Shown here piece by piece: positions 20,345 through 30,217 of a DNA stretch of 64,000 nt. Each line of letters opens with the position of its first letter. Positions within the stretch are counted from its first letter, which is position 1. The notes beneath the pieces are model-generated. The model worked only from the letters and a program-made list of their open reading frames with translations, searched no databases and had not been told where the DNA came from. The position numbers and the translations under genes were made by a program. The stretch is from Alphaproteobacteria bacterium (GTDB lineage Bacteria > Pseudomonadota > Alphaproteobacteria > JAAXGF01): assembly GCA_963555825.3 (NCBI GenBank), contig CAUVXB020000001.1, positions 1,280,001 to 1,344,000 on the forward strand, in the 5' to 3' direction.

Positions 20345-21667
20345 TCAATTCCCGTAGTGCAACTTCGGCAGCCACAGGGCGATCTCGGGGAAGGCCATGA
20401 CCAGGATCAGGCCGACCAGCATGACCAAGACGAAGGGGATGATCGAGCGGTAGATATCGCCCAGCGTCACCTCGGGCGGCGCCATCGCGCGCATCAGGAA
20501 CAGGTTGTAGCCGAACGGCGGTGTCATGTAGGCGATCTGGCAGGTGATCGTATAGAGCACGCCGTACCACACCAGGTCGAAGCCGAGAATCTTGACCAGC
20601 GGCACGTAGAGCGGCGCGACGATGACGAGCATCGCCGTGTCGTCGAGGAACATGCCCATCAGGAGGTAGGAGAGCTGCATCATGATGAGCACTTCCCACG
20701 GGCCCAGCCCCAAACTCCCGATGAAGAACGCCTCGATCGCCTTGACCGCGCCGAGCCCATCGAAGACGGCGCCGAAGCATAGCGCGGCCAGGATGATCCA
20801 CATGAACATGCAGCTGATGCCCAGCGTCTTGCGGATCGTCTCTTCCATCACCTGCCTGGTGAGCCGGCCCTTGACCAGCGCGGCCAGCGTCGCCGTCGTC
20901 GCGCCGACGGCCGAACTCTCGGTCAGGTTGGTGATCCCCAGAAGGAACAACCCGGTCATCGAGAAGAATATCAACAGCGGAACGATGCCGGCCCTGAGCA
21001 GCCGCAGCTTTTCGCCCCAACCCACGTCACGCTCTTCGCGCGGCAGCGGCGGGCCCAGTTCGGGCTGAATGAAGCAGCGGATGGCGATGTAGGCGACGAA
21101 CAGCGTCGCCATCATCAGGCCGGGCAAGACGCCGGCGAGCCAGAGCTGGCCGATCGGTTGCCGGGCGATCATGCCGTAGAGGACGAGAACGACACTGGGC
21201 GGAACCAATATCCCCAGCGAGCTTCCCGCCTGGATGACGCCGGTGACCATTATCTTGTCATAGCCGCGCCGCAACAGCTCCGGCAAGGCGATCGTCGCGC
21301 CGATCGCCATGCCGGCGACGCTCAAGCCGTTCATGGCCGAAATCATGACCATCAGGCCGATCGTTCCGATCGCCAGGCCGCCGCGCACCGGGCCGAACCA
21401 GACATGGAACATCTTGTAAAGGTCGTCGGCGATGCCCGACTCCGACAACATGTAGCCCATGTAGATGAACAGCGGCAGGGTCAGCAGCGGATACCACTTC
21501 ATCAGCTTCATGGCGGCGGTGAACGCCATTTCGGAGCCGCCGTCGCCCCACAGCCAGAGCGCCGACGCGACGGCGACGAAGCCGATGGCGGCGAACACGC
21601 GTTGCCCGGTGAGCAGCATGAGCATCATCGAGGAGAACATCAGCACGGCGATCAGCCCGTAGCTCAT
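20345..21667 (-). CDS. dctM: TRAP transporter large permease
   Basis: LGILVPPS and TPPFG.NLF motifs; many TM segments. Confidence 0.92.
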   Translation of the reverse strand: MSYGLIAVLMFSSMMLMLLTGQRVFAAIGFVAVASALWLWGDGGSEMAFTAAMKLMKWYPLLTLPLFIYMGYMLSESGIADDLYKMFHVWFGPVRGGLAIGTIGLMVMISAMNGLSVAGMAIGATIALPELLRRGYDKIMVTGVIQAGSSLGILVPPSVVLVLYGMIARQPIGQLWLAGVLPGLMMATLFVAYIAIRCFIQPELGPPLPREERDVGWGEKLRLLRAGIVPLLIFFSMTGLFLLGITNLTESSAVGATTATLAALVKGRLTRQVMEETIRKTLGISCMFMWIILAALCFGAVFDGLGAVKAIEAFFIGSLGLGPWEVLIMMQLSYLLMGMFLDDTAMLVIVAPLYVPLVKILGFDLVWYGVLYTITCQIAYMTPPFGYNLFLMRAMAPPEVTLGDIYRSIIPFVLVMLVGLILVMAFPEIALWLPKLHYGN

Positions 21668-22188
21668 GCCGCGCTCTCCTCATCGAGGGTCAACCCCTTG
21701 GCCCTGGCCAGGTCCTTGAAGAATGTCGCGATGGCCTGCAACAGCATCAGCGCGATGCCGAACGTCATGATGATCTTGATCGGCGCCATGAGCGGCGACC
21801 ATGACGAATAGCTCGTCTCGCCGTAATACAGCGCGTACTCGGTGCTGGAAAATCCGCCGTAGAGCAGGAGCCCCAGATAGAAGATGAGGCAGAATGCGGT
21901 AATTGAGTCGACGAACCCCTTGCCCTTCGGCGACCACCGCCCGTAGACGAGGTCCATCCTGACGTGGGAATCGAGCTGCATGGAGTAGCCGCCGCCCAAC
22001 AGGTAATAGGCCGCCATCGAGAACTGGGCCAATTCCAGCGTCCATAACTGGGGAACGAAGAACGTCTTGGATATGGACGAAAAGAGCAGCAACCCCATCA
22101 TGGCGAAGATCATGTACATCGCGAACCGGCCGACCACGCGGTTCACGGCGTTGACGTATCGCACGTACAATCTTATGGCCCTGGGCAT
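21664..22188 (-). CDS. dctQ: TRAP transporter small permease
   Basis: W..E...HVR.D motif; four TM segments; lies between dctP and dctM. Confidence 0.88.
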   Translation of the reverse strand: MPRAIRLYVRYVNAVNRVVGRFAMYMIFAMMGLLLFSSISKTFFVPQLWTLELAQFSMAAYYLLGGGYSMQLDSHVRMDLVYGRWSPKGKGFVDSITAFCLIFYLGLLLYGGFSSTEYALYYGETSYSSWSPLMAPIKIIMTFGIALMLLQAIATFFKDLARAKGLTLDEESAA

Positions 22189-22400
22189 GGCGCCCCCTTT
22201 TCCGTCATGGCCGTGCGGGTCGGTCTTGCGGCTTCGATCGGATGCTTCATACCAAGGATCGGGACATGGCAACGGCCGCCGCTGTGACGCGACAGCCGCC
22301 CGCCCTTCGGCTACGACAGCCGACGATGGCCAGGAGACGCCGTTGTCCCCTGGCCATCGGGCTTAGGTCTTTACGCGGCGGAAATCCCGCCTCGTCCGGT

Positions 22401-23453
22401 TCAACCGTAGCGATAGGGACGGCCGGCATTCGCCATGGTTTCGGCGTATTCCTTGAAAATCTTTACCACCCTGGCGCTCCTGGGGCTATTGGCCGCAATC
22501 TCGTCCCAGAACTTGTGCGCTTCGTCCTCAAGTGTCTGCCACTCTTCATCGGGGATGGTGGTGAGCTTCAGCTTGGTGCCCTTGGTGCGAAGATGCGCCT
22601 CGCCGCCCCAGTACCAGTACTGCCGATAGTAATGCGAGCTGTCCATGCACAGCCTGAACAGCGCCTTCAGGTGCTCGGGCACTTCATTCCAGCGTTCGGT
22701 GTTGGCGAAGTAGGACCCGATCCAGGCGCCGGAGATGTTGTTGGTCAGGAAGTAGTCGGTCACATCGGCCCAGCCGACGGTGTAATCCTCCGTGATGCCG
22801 GACCAGGCGACGCCGTCCAGTTCACCCGTCTGACAGGCGACTTCGATGTCCTCCCAGGGAAGGGTCACCGGGACAACGCCGAAGCGCGACAGGAACTTGC
22901 CGGCCGTCGGGAACGTAAAGACGCGAAGGCCCTTGAGGTCCTCGAGGCTGTGGATCGGCTTGACCGTATTGAAGTGGCACGGATCCCATGCCCCGGCACT
23001 GAGCCAGGTGACGTTCTCGACCTCGCCGTAGGCTTCCTCCCAGATTTCCCGTAGCCCGTATTGCTCAAACAGCACGGGCACATCCAGGCTATAGCGTAAC
23101 CCGAAGGGGAAGTAGCCGCCGAACACGGACACGTCGACCGGCGCTGCGATCGAGTCGTCGTCGCTCTGGACGGCGTCGATCGTACCCTTCTGCATGGCGC
23201 GGAACAGTTCGCCGGTCGGTACCAACTGATCGGCGGTGTACAGCTCGATCACCATCTCGCCGTTGGCGACCTTGTTGAAGGCGTCGATCGACGGCTTGAT
23301 GACGTGCTCGGCCAGCGCCGGGCCGGCATAGGTCTGCAGCCGCCACTTGATGGTGCTTTGCGCCTTCACATAGGGCGCGCTCAGCGTCGTGGCGGCGACC
23401 ACACCGGCCGTCGCTGCGCCGGCTTGCTTCAGAAAATCACGTCTTTTCGTCAT
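22401..23453 (-). CDS. dctP: TRAP substrate-binding protein with Tat signal
   Basis: RRDFLK signal; WRLQT and DLKGLR motifs. Confidence 0.9.
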   Translation of the reverse strand: MTKRRDFLKQAGAATAGVVAATTLSAPYVKAQSTIKWRLQTYAGPALAEHVIKPSIDAFNKVANGEMVIELYTADQLVPTGELFRAMQKGTIDAVQSDDDSIAAPVDVSVFGGYFPFGLRYSLDVPVLFEQYGLREIWEEAYGEVENVTWLSAGAWDPCHFNTVKPIHSLEDLKGLRVFTFPTAGKFLSRFGVVPVTLPWEDIEVACQTGELDGVAWSGITEDYTVGWADVTDYFLTNNISGAWIGSYFANTERWNEVPEHLKALFRLCMDSSHYYRQYWYWGGEAHLRTKGTKLKLTTIPDEEWQTLEDEAHKFWDEIAANSPRSARVVKIFKEYAETMANAGRPYRYG

Positions 23454-23585
23454 TCTGTAATCCTCCCTTAACGGATGAATTTAATCGTTGGTAAACGGCT
23501 ACGCATCCTAGCTGAATTTCGTTGCCTGGCCACCAGAATATGTCGGCGCCACCCGCCTTCGGCGGGCCGCGCCCGAGGATCGGGG

Positions 23586-24018
23586 TCAGGAGCGCGCCGG
23601 CAGGCCGAGCTTCACGCGGGCCTCGTCGGGGCTCAGCACCCGGGCGCCGAGGCGCTCGATGATGCCGACCGCCTTCTCGACCAGCTGGCCGTTCGACGCG
23701 AACACGCCGCGCTCGAGATAGAGGTTGTCCTCGAGCCCGACCCGGACGTTGCCGCCGAGCAGCACCGACTTGGCGACCATCGGCATCTGCATGCGCGAGA
23801 TGCCGAACAACGCCCAGACCGCGTCGTCGGGCAGCAGATCGCGCATCGCCAGCATGACTTGGGTTTCGGTCGGCGCACTGTGGCCGATGCCCAGGCACAG
23901 CTGGAACATCGGCGGGCCGTCGATCAGGCCGTCGTCGATGAGCTGACGCGCGAGCATGATCTGGCCGACGTCGAACACCTCGATCTCGGGTTTGACCCCG
24001 GCCGCCTGGATGCGCGAC
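23586..24018 (-). pseudogene. Beta-keto acid cleavage enzyme (BKACE/DUF849) 3' fragment truncated by IS6
   Basis: KPE.E.FD.G and GGNVRVGLEDN motifs. Confidence 0.85.
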
Positions 24019-24824
24019 GGTGCTGTCACGGTAACTGGCTGGTGTCAGCTGCGGGTGGCGAGTAGCTTCCTGTTATGAACAAGATCAGCTACCGCCGACA
24101 TCGGTTTCCTGCAGAGATAATCCAGCGCGCCGTCTGGCTGTGTTTCCGGTTTCCGCTCAGTTACCGCGATGTGGAGGATCTGCTCGCTGAACGTGGTGTC
24201 GATGTTTCTTACGAGACGATACGGCGCTGGGCTTTAAAGTTTGGGCAGGCCTATGCCCGAAAACTGAGACAATCACGCCCTCGACCAGACGACCGGTGGC
24301 ACCTTGATGAGGTGTTTTCCTCCATCAACGGAAAACGGATGTATCTATGGCGGGCGGTGGACAGCGAGGGTGAGGTGCTGGATATCCTGGTTCAGTCCCG
24401 GAGGAACAAGAAAGCAGCACTCAAGCTGATGCGCAAACTGCTCAAGAAGCAGGGGTATGCGCCGAATAAGGTGGTGACCGATAAACTGCCATCTTACGGG
24501 GCAGCATTGCGTGATCTCAACATGACGGGGAAACACGTTACCGGCGGACGGAGCAACAATCGGGCGGAGAATTCGCACCTGCCGGTTCGACAACGAGAAC
24601 GCAGGATGCAGGGCTTCAAGTCATCAGGATCGGCGCAAAGGTTTCTCTCCACCCACGCCGCCATCTACAACACCTTCAATGTCCAACGTCATCTGATCAC
24701 TCGCAAGACAATGAGCCAATTCCGCGGTGACGCGATGAACACGTGGCGGACCGTGACCGCTGCTGCTTGAGCCGCTCAGTTCAGACGTTCAACTGCGACC
24801 TGCCTTCGTTAAGTTGACAGCACC
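24019..24824 (+). mobile_element. IS6-family IS (transposase 24075-24770)
   Basis: GGTGCTGTCA...TGACAGCACC TIRs; WHLDE, LWRAVD and NNRAENSH motifs; 806 bp. Confidence 0.95.
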
Positions 24825-25454
24825 CGTCACCGTACCCGATGCGCTCGCCACGTCATTCGGCGAAGCCGTTGATCCCGTACCGCTCGCTGAGGCCGACCAC
24901 GTTACGGTCGCTGGACCGGTGGCTGCACTGGACAGCGCGATCGTGAAGCTCACGTCGTCGCCTTCGTCGGCGGAACCTCCGGTAATCATCACCGCCGGTT
25001 TCCCGTCGTCGGTCACGGCGATGGTCACGTCCACTGTGTCCGTGCCCGACATGCTGTCCGTCACCCTGATCTTTACGGAGTAGCTTGCCTTGGTCTCGAA
25101 GTCGAGCGTGGCCTTGGTCTTGATCTGTCGCCTTGCCCCGTCGAACTCGAACGCGTCGGCGTCCGCGCCTTCCATCGTGTAGGTCAGGGTGTCCCCATCG
25201 TCGGCGTCCGTCGCGCTCGGGATGACCTCGCCGATGTCCGTGGCCCGCGCCGTGTTCTCGACGATCGTGCGCGTCAGCGTGTCGTCGGAGAACATTGGCG
25301 CTTCGGCCATCGCGGCCGGCGATGTCGCCACCGAGGCGAGCGCTATCGCGCCTGCGCCGATGCGCAGTGCATGCTTCGCTGCCCTCGCGCGTGCCCTCGC
25401 GAGCCATTCGCGGTTCGTTACCTTTATTGAGCTGTCGCGCGCATCGTCGGTCAT
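24825..25454 (-). pseudogene. Secreted cadherin-domain/Calx-beta surface protein truncated by IS6 (start uncertain)
   Basis: Signal-like segment then P.F...EN...ATD.D.GD.LTY...LDFE.K.SY.V...VTD cadherin repeat. Confidence 0.75.
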
Positions 25455-25752
25455 GGCGCTGCAAGCGTGTTCCTCAACCATTTCGATTGCCTCTGTCTGT
25501 TGGTTCCCGGCTCCGAGCCGGGCGGTGTCGGGTCCGAAGGTTTGTTTCCTCGGCCGAGATTGCGTCTTCCTTCTGGTCTTTCGATCTGTCCTGTCGTGCG
25601 CTTCGCATGCTTGGAGCGCTTCCGACCCTGTCCTGTTTTCCGATCCTTCGTCCGCCATTCCTGCCCTGTCGATCCCAGTTGCCTCTCACCCCGCGTCTAA
25701 TCGATTACCGTCCGCCTCTCACTTCACGCGTTCGCGGCGTCCGGCGCCAGTC

Positions 25753-27506
25753 ATTGGGTGTAGGTCTCAAACTGACCGTTCTTCATGCCCGCCTTCGGGT
25801 CCGGCGTCGTTCGAGCATCGGCTGCCCGAATGCGTCGGTGCTCCCTGTGCAAGCGCTGTCGACGGTGCACCCGCACCGCCGTTGTACCGCTGTGCGCCCG
25901 TGGTCTCGCGCGCGGGCTTGGTTCTCCGCCCCCGCTTGACCGGCGCAGCGCTTCCTTGCCGTTCTCAGCTCGCCCCACAACGCGTTCTTCGCTGCTCCGT
26001 CGGTGAGTCCTTGCGCTTTCAGCGCGAGCCATCGCAGCGCGCGAGCGCGCAGGACTTGTCCTGCGTTCACGTCGGCGTTGGCCTTGTGCTCGCACGCCGT
26101 GCATTCGAACCGGCGTTTGTCGCGACTCTTTGCGTCGACGTGTCCGCATGCGGCACACGTCGTGCTGGAGTCCATCGCGGGAAGCTTCAGCACCGTGCCG
26201 CCACGCGCTTCGAGCGCTGCCTTCAGCGTGTCTTGCGTGAATCCCCACAGCGCTGAGCGGATGCTGCGGTTGAGCCCTCTCTTCGCTGCAACGCCCGCCC
26301 ACGCCCGTCCCCGGGCGCTTGCGCCCATGCCTGTGATGTTGAGGGATTCGAGACCGAGGACGTCAAACATCGCGGCGAAGTCTTTCGCCGCCTTGCGAAT
26401 CGCATCGCGGTCGCGTGACCGCATTGCCGCTTTCTCGCTACGGAGTTGTTCCAAGTGTTCATGCCATTGTCGCGAACCTTGGACGCACTTGTTCATCGCC
26501 CGTTGTGCGTCGAGGACGACGTCCATGCCCACTGTGTGGTCTGGCAACGTGATCGTTCGCCCGTTGTGCATGGTCAGGGTGTCGGCACACCCCATGTCGG
26601 CGCCGGCGACGAGAGGTGTCTGCCTTCGCCGTTTCGTTCGGGGTACGACATCGACGAGCACTGCCAGGTGGACTTCGACTCGCGTGCGCCCCCGACTCCC
26701 GTGTTTCACGCACACCTTCGCTGCGCGAAGGCGTGCTGCTTCGGGTAGTGGATTGTTCGCAACGACTTCGACTTCTCCCAGACCGACCAACCCGACGGTG
26801 TTCGCATCCACCCGCCGCGGCGGTGTGTCCCACACCACCGCGCAGCGTCCCTTCGTCTTCCTGCGTCGGAGCAGTTGTGTGCGCGCACCGTCGCCGGAGC
26901 GCTCGTCGCGCCACGTCGCTGCACTCTTTGGTGGTGCGCGGTTTTCCTTGACCGCTTTGCGCTTGTCCTTGACCGCTTTGCGCTTGTCCTCGATGTCGAG
27001 TCCGTCCCAGGCTCCAGCGTCCCAGTCCAGATGCTTTGACATCCACTTCTTCCAGGAGGCGTCTTCTCCGAGCACCCGCGCGACGCGCGCTCTCGTCGCG
27101 TCCTCATGAAGCTTCAGCGCGGTTCTCGCCTGTCCAACCGCAGGACGTGCGAGCACCACCGGCACGTTGCCCATCCACGGGGTCTCGCTTCGCCACTCGG
27201 TGAGCCGCCCGGACAGCCCGTCGGGATGCGCTGGACTCTTCTGCTTTGCCGGCACGCTTCCGCCTTGCGGCGCGATGTCGGCGATCGTCCGGTTGTAGAC
27301 CCCGCGCTGAACGTGCCGGCAACGCGTGAGCGCGGCGTCGAGCGCCAGCGTCCACTTTGCCCGGTAAATGCGGGTGCGCAGCACGGTTGGGGGGGCTCGA
27401 CACTCTGTCACCGCTTTGCCCTCACCTTCCCCTGTTTTTCCTTCAGGCTTCACGCTTTCAGTCAGTTGCATTGTCCCAACTTGTCAGTTCGAGAGCTACA
27501 CCCAAT
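25753..27506 (-). mobile_element. TIR-bounded TnpB-only element
   Basis: 24-bp inverted repeats at 25753-25776 and 27483-27506 (22/24 identical) tightly enclose tnpB. Confidence 0.75.
25783..27471 (-). CDS. tnpB: TnpB-like RNA-guided endonuclease, up to 562 aa
   Basis: RuvC-I GADMG, RuvC-II LESL.I.GM, Zn ribbon CAACG...CTAC, RuvC-III NADVNA. Confidence 0.85.
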   Translation of the reverse strand: MQLTESVKPEGKTGEGEGKAVTECRAPPTVLRTRIYRAKWTLALDAALTRCRHVQRGVYNRTIADIAPQGGSVPAKQKSPAHPDGLSGRLTEWRSETPWMGNVPVVLARPAVGQARTALKLHEDATRARVARVLGEDASWKKWMSKHLDWDAGAWDGLDIEDKRKAVKDKRKAVKENRAPPKSAATWRDERSGDGARTQLLRRRKTKGRCAVVWDTPPRRVDANTVGLVGLGEVEVVANNPLPEAARLRAAKVCVKHGSRGRTRVEVHLAVLVDVVPRTKRRRQTPLVAGADMGCADTLTMHNGRTITLPDHTVGMDVVLDAQRAMNKCVQGSRQWHEHLEQLRSEKAAMRSRDRDAIRKAAKDFAAMFDVLGLESLNITGMGASARGRAWAGVAAKRGLNRSIRSALWGFTQDTLKAALEARGGTVLKLPAMDSSTTCAACGHVDAKSRDKRRFECTACEHKANADVNAGQVLRARALRWLALKAQGLTDGAAKNALWGELRTARKRCAGQAGAENQARARDHGRTAVQRRCGCTVDSACTGSTDAFGQPMLERRRTRRRA

Positions 27507-27594
27507 CGTTCACGAGAATCGCCGAACCACATGCTGCGAGTCGGCGAAGTCGGTGTAGTGCTTGGGGGCCAGCGCAAGGCCGCCTGCGCTACGG

Positions 27595-28380
27595 TTACTT
27601 GTCGCCTTTTTCAAGGTCGAGCTCATTCCAAGTCATCAATCGAACTTCGTCACGGCGCTGGCCGGTTAGAAAAAGCATACGAACGAGGCTACGTGCCGTT
27701 GGTGAGCAGGTGCTTGTGGCATCCCAAATTGCACGGATTTCATCGCGGGAAAGAAAGCGGTCCCGGCTGCGCTCCTTGAACCGCTTTTTCTTTCCCCGAT
27801 TGATGGAAGCGACCGGATTGACGTCTATCCATTCACGGTCCTCGACGGCCCAATTGCAGAACGCTTTGATCTGGCTGACGACGCGATTGACCTGGACCGT
27901 CAGCCCTTCGCCAGCGAGATCGTCCATAAGCTCTAGAACGTGTGCTCTGGTCAGATCCTGCAATGGAATGTTGCCAACCCGGCTAAGGACGTGTTTCTCG
28001 AATAGGCGATCGGTCTGTCGCCAGGACTTTTGGTGCTCCTTGCAATGCTCCTCGATGTAGGCTCGCGCAGCCTGCTCCACGGTGCGCTGTCGGCGTTGAT
28101 CCGTTTCCGCCTTCGCTTCGGGGTCAATGTCATGCTTGGCCAGATTTCCAATCTCAAGGGACTTTCACCGCGCTTCACTCAGCGTTATTGCGGGAAAGGT
28201 TCCGAGGCCGATGCGCTGGCGCTGGCCATTAAACCTATACCGACAATCCCAGGATTTTGCCGTCTCGGAAACGCGGAGCGTTAGGTTCCAGCCGTTCGGG
28301 TTGGTGTCGGCGTATTCAGCTCGCTCGCCACTGGCTGCCTTTGCTGTCTGACAGAACCGGTCCGTGAGATTCTTTTTCAT
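27595..28380 (-). pseudogene. Tyrosine integrase, frameshifted and truncated
   Basis: Arm-binding N-terminus (LTD.F...L.LRVS...Y.F.G....LG.FP..TL.EAR), NP..., R.R.L...E and TGQRR.E; C-terminal catalytic part missing. Confidence 0.8.
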
Positions 28381-28385
28381 CTGAA

Positions 28386-30045
28386 CCGACATTCCCCAGA
28401 TGACATCCAAATTCGCGGAAATCGTACCACGGCCCCATCTCCAAGGGAACTCTGTTCCCATTGCAGCGATCCGATGACATGATTTTGGTAATCGGCCAGC
28501 GCGTGGAAGGCCATTTGGTCGTTTCTCTTGCCATCCAGACACACCTCTCGTGTCGCAATCTCCTTGCCGTCGATTCCCTCGGCCTACGCCGGAGCGGGTC
28601 TTCGTCGTAGATCATCAATCAGGCTCAAGATTTTCTGGAACAAGCTTCTTGGGACTGCAACCTCGGCCAATTGAAATGTGACGTACCGGCCATGGCTGAC
28701 AACTTTCGCACCGATCTTGACCAGCTTCTCCCTCAGCGTCGTCAGCGACCATTGCTCCACGGCATCGGGCAACGCCAGGGTACGCATGAAGTTGCCGAGG
28801 TTATAGGCGAGTGCATGCAGCTGGAGCCGGACGGCATTGTTGCGTAACGAACGGCATGACAGCCGCGTCCACTTGATGGCGTTCTTGCCTTCCTTGATCC
28901 ATTGCTCGGCAGTGCCGCGCTGATTGTAGAACGCAACAACCCGCTCGGCAGGACGGCTCAGGTTGGTGACGCTTGAGCGGTGAAACCGATCAAGGCCGAC
29001 GCGGGGATACAGTTCCCCTGAGTGCCACTCCACCTTGGCGACGACCCGGCGGGGCTCCGTCCAGCTACCGGCCCGATAGCTGAAGTTCGCGTAATACCGA
29101 CGAACTTCCTTCGGCGGCCGACCGACGGGGCGCTTGAGCAGGTGCGCGATGCTGTCGTGCAGCACCTTGTTGGCCGGAAGCCGGATGGCGTACTTGAAGC
29201 CTTCCGCTTCCAGAAACTCATAAACCTCGGGCGAGGCGAAGGCGGCGTCACCACGGAAATAACGCCGGAGTGTCTTGTTCCGGTATCGAGCGACCACCGG
29301 GTCCAACACATCGCGCCATTCATGGGCGCTGTGCACGTTGCCCGGACGCAGGGCGCAACGCTCCAGATCGCCGAACTGGTTGAACACGAACAGCGGGTGA
29401 TAGCACGTGCAGCCGAAGTGACCGTTGTAGGCCGTGCCCTCCTGGTCACCGTAGGTCGGGCTGACGGAGCTGTCCATGTCGAGCACGATAATCTTCGGCG
29501 GCTTGCGCTCGTTAACCTGGTCGATCCAGATGCCCAAAAGGTCAGCGAGCGCGGCGAGGTTGTCATTGGTGGCGAGTAACTCCGTCTCGAACCGGCCCAT
29601 CTGGCTGGTCGATGCGCCGCCGCGCTCGACAGCCCTGCCGCCGACGATCCACCGCATCGCAGGATCGCGCCCCAGCCGGTCGGCGTCGTTCACGTCCTCG
29701 TACCCGGCGAGACGACCATAGACGGATTGGCGAAGGAGACCGATGATGCCGTGCCAACCGTTCTTGCCGGTCCGGCTGTCAGCAATAACGTCACCGGCCA
29801 GCGTGGTCAGGCCGAGGGCTTCGTCCAGTTCACGATAGGCGAGCAGACCAGCGTCTGACGTGATCCGCGAACCGTGGAACTCGAACTTCAGTCTTCGGTC
29901 GAAAAACGCCCGCAGAAGCCCCCGATCCGACTCACCCTCCAGGTTCCGCATTCGACCCACCCTCCGTCTGATCTAATCCACTGATTCTTATACAGGAATC
30001 AGACGGAAACCGCATCAGATGGATCGGTCACTTGGGGAATGCGGG
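28386..30045 (-). mobile_element. IS1380-family IS (transposase 28584-29960)
   Basis: TIRs CCGACATTCCCCAGATGAC / GTCACTTGGGGAATGCGGG; TSDAG, LD.DS, RGD..F and Y..RG..E..IKE.K motifs. Confidence 0.92.
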
Positions 30046-30217
30046 TTTAGAGGGCCTCATGGTGGCCAGCGCGCTGTGATTGTCGGCGTATCCGATGAGG
30101 CGTAACAATCACCTCTATAGACGCGCGGTGGCAGTTGTGGGTAGATTTGTCGGTTCAGGTGAACGGTTCCGGCTAAGGAGCCACGTCTACAAGAATAACC
30201 GAACTGGGAGACATCGA

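Noticed and set aside
25500-27600. Type V CRISPR-Cas (Cas12f-like) locus
   Set aside because: No repeat-spacer array or cas1/cas2 is visible near the RuvC gene or elsewhere in the window.
16884-28600. Direct repeat at 16884 and 28386 beside an integrase, first read as attL/attR
   Set aside because: The repeat is the IS1380 right end; it pairs with the TIR near 30027-30045 and follows the transposase stop.
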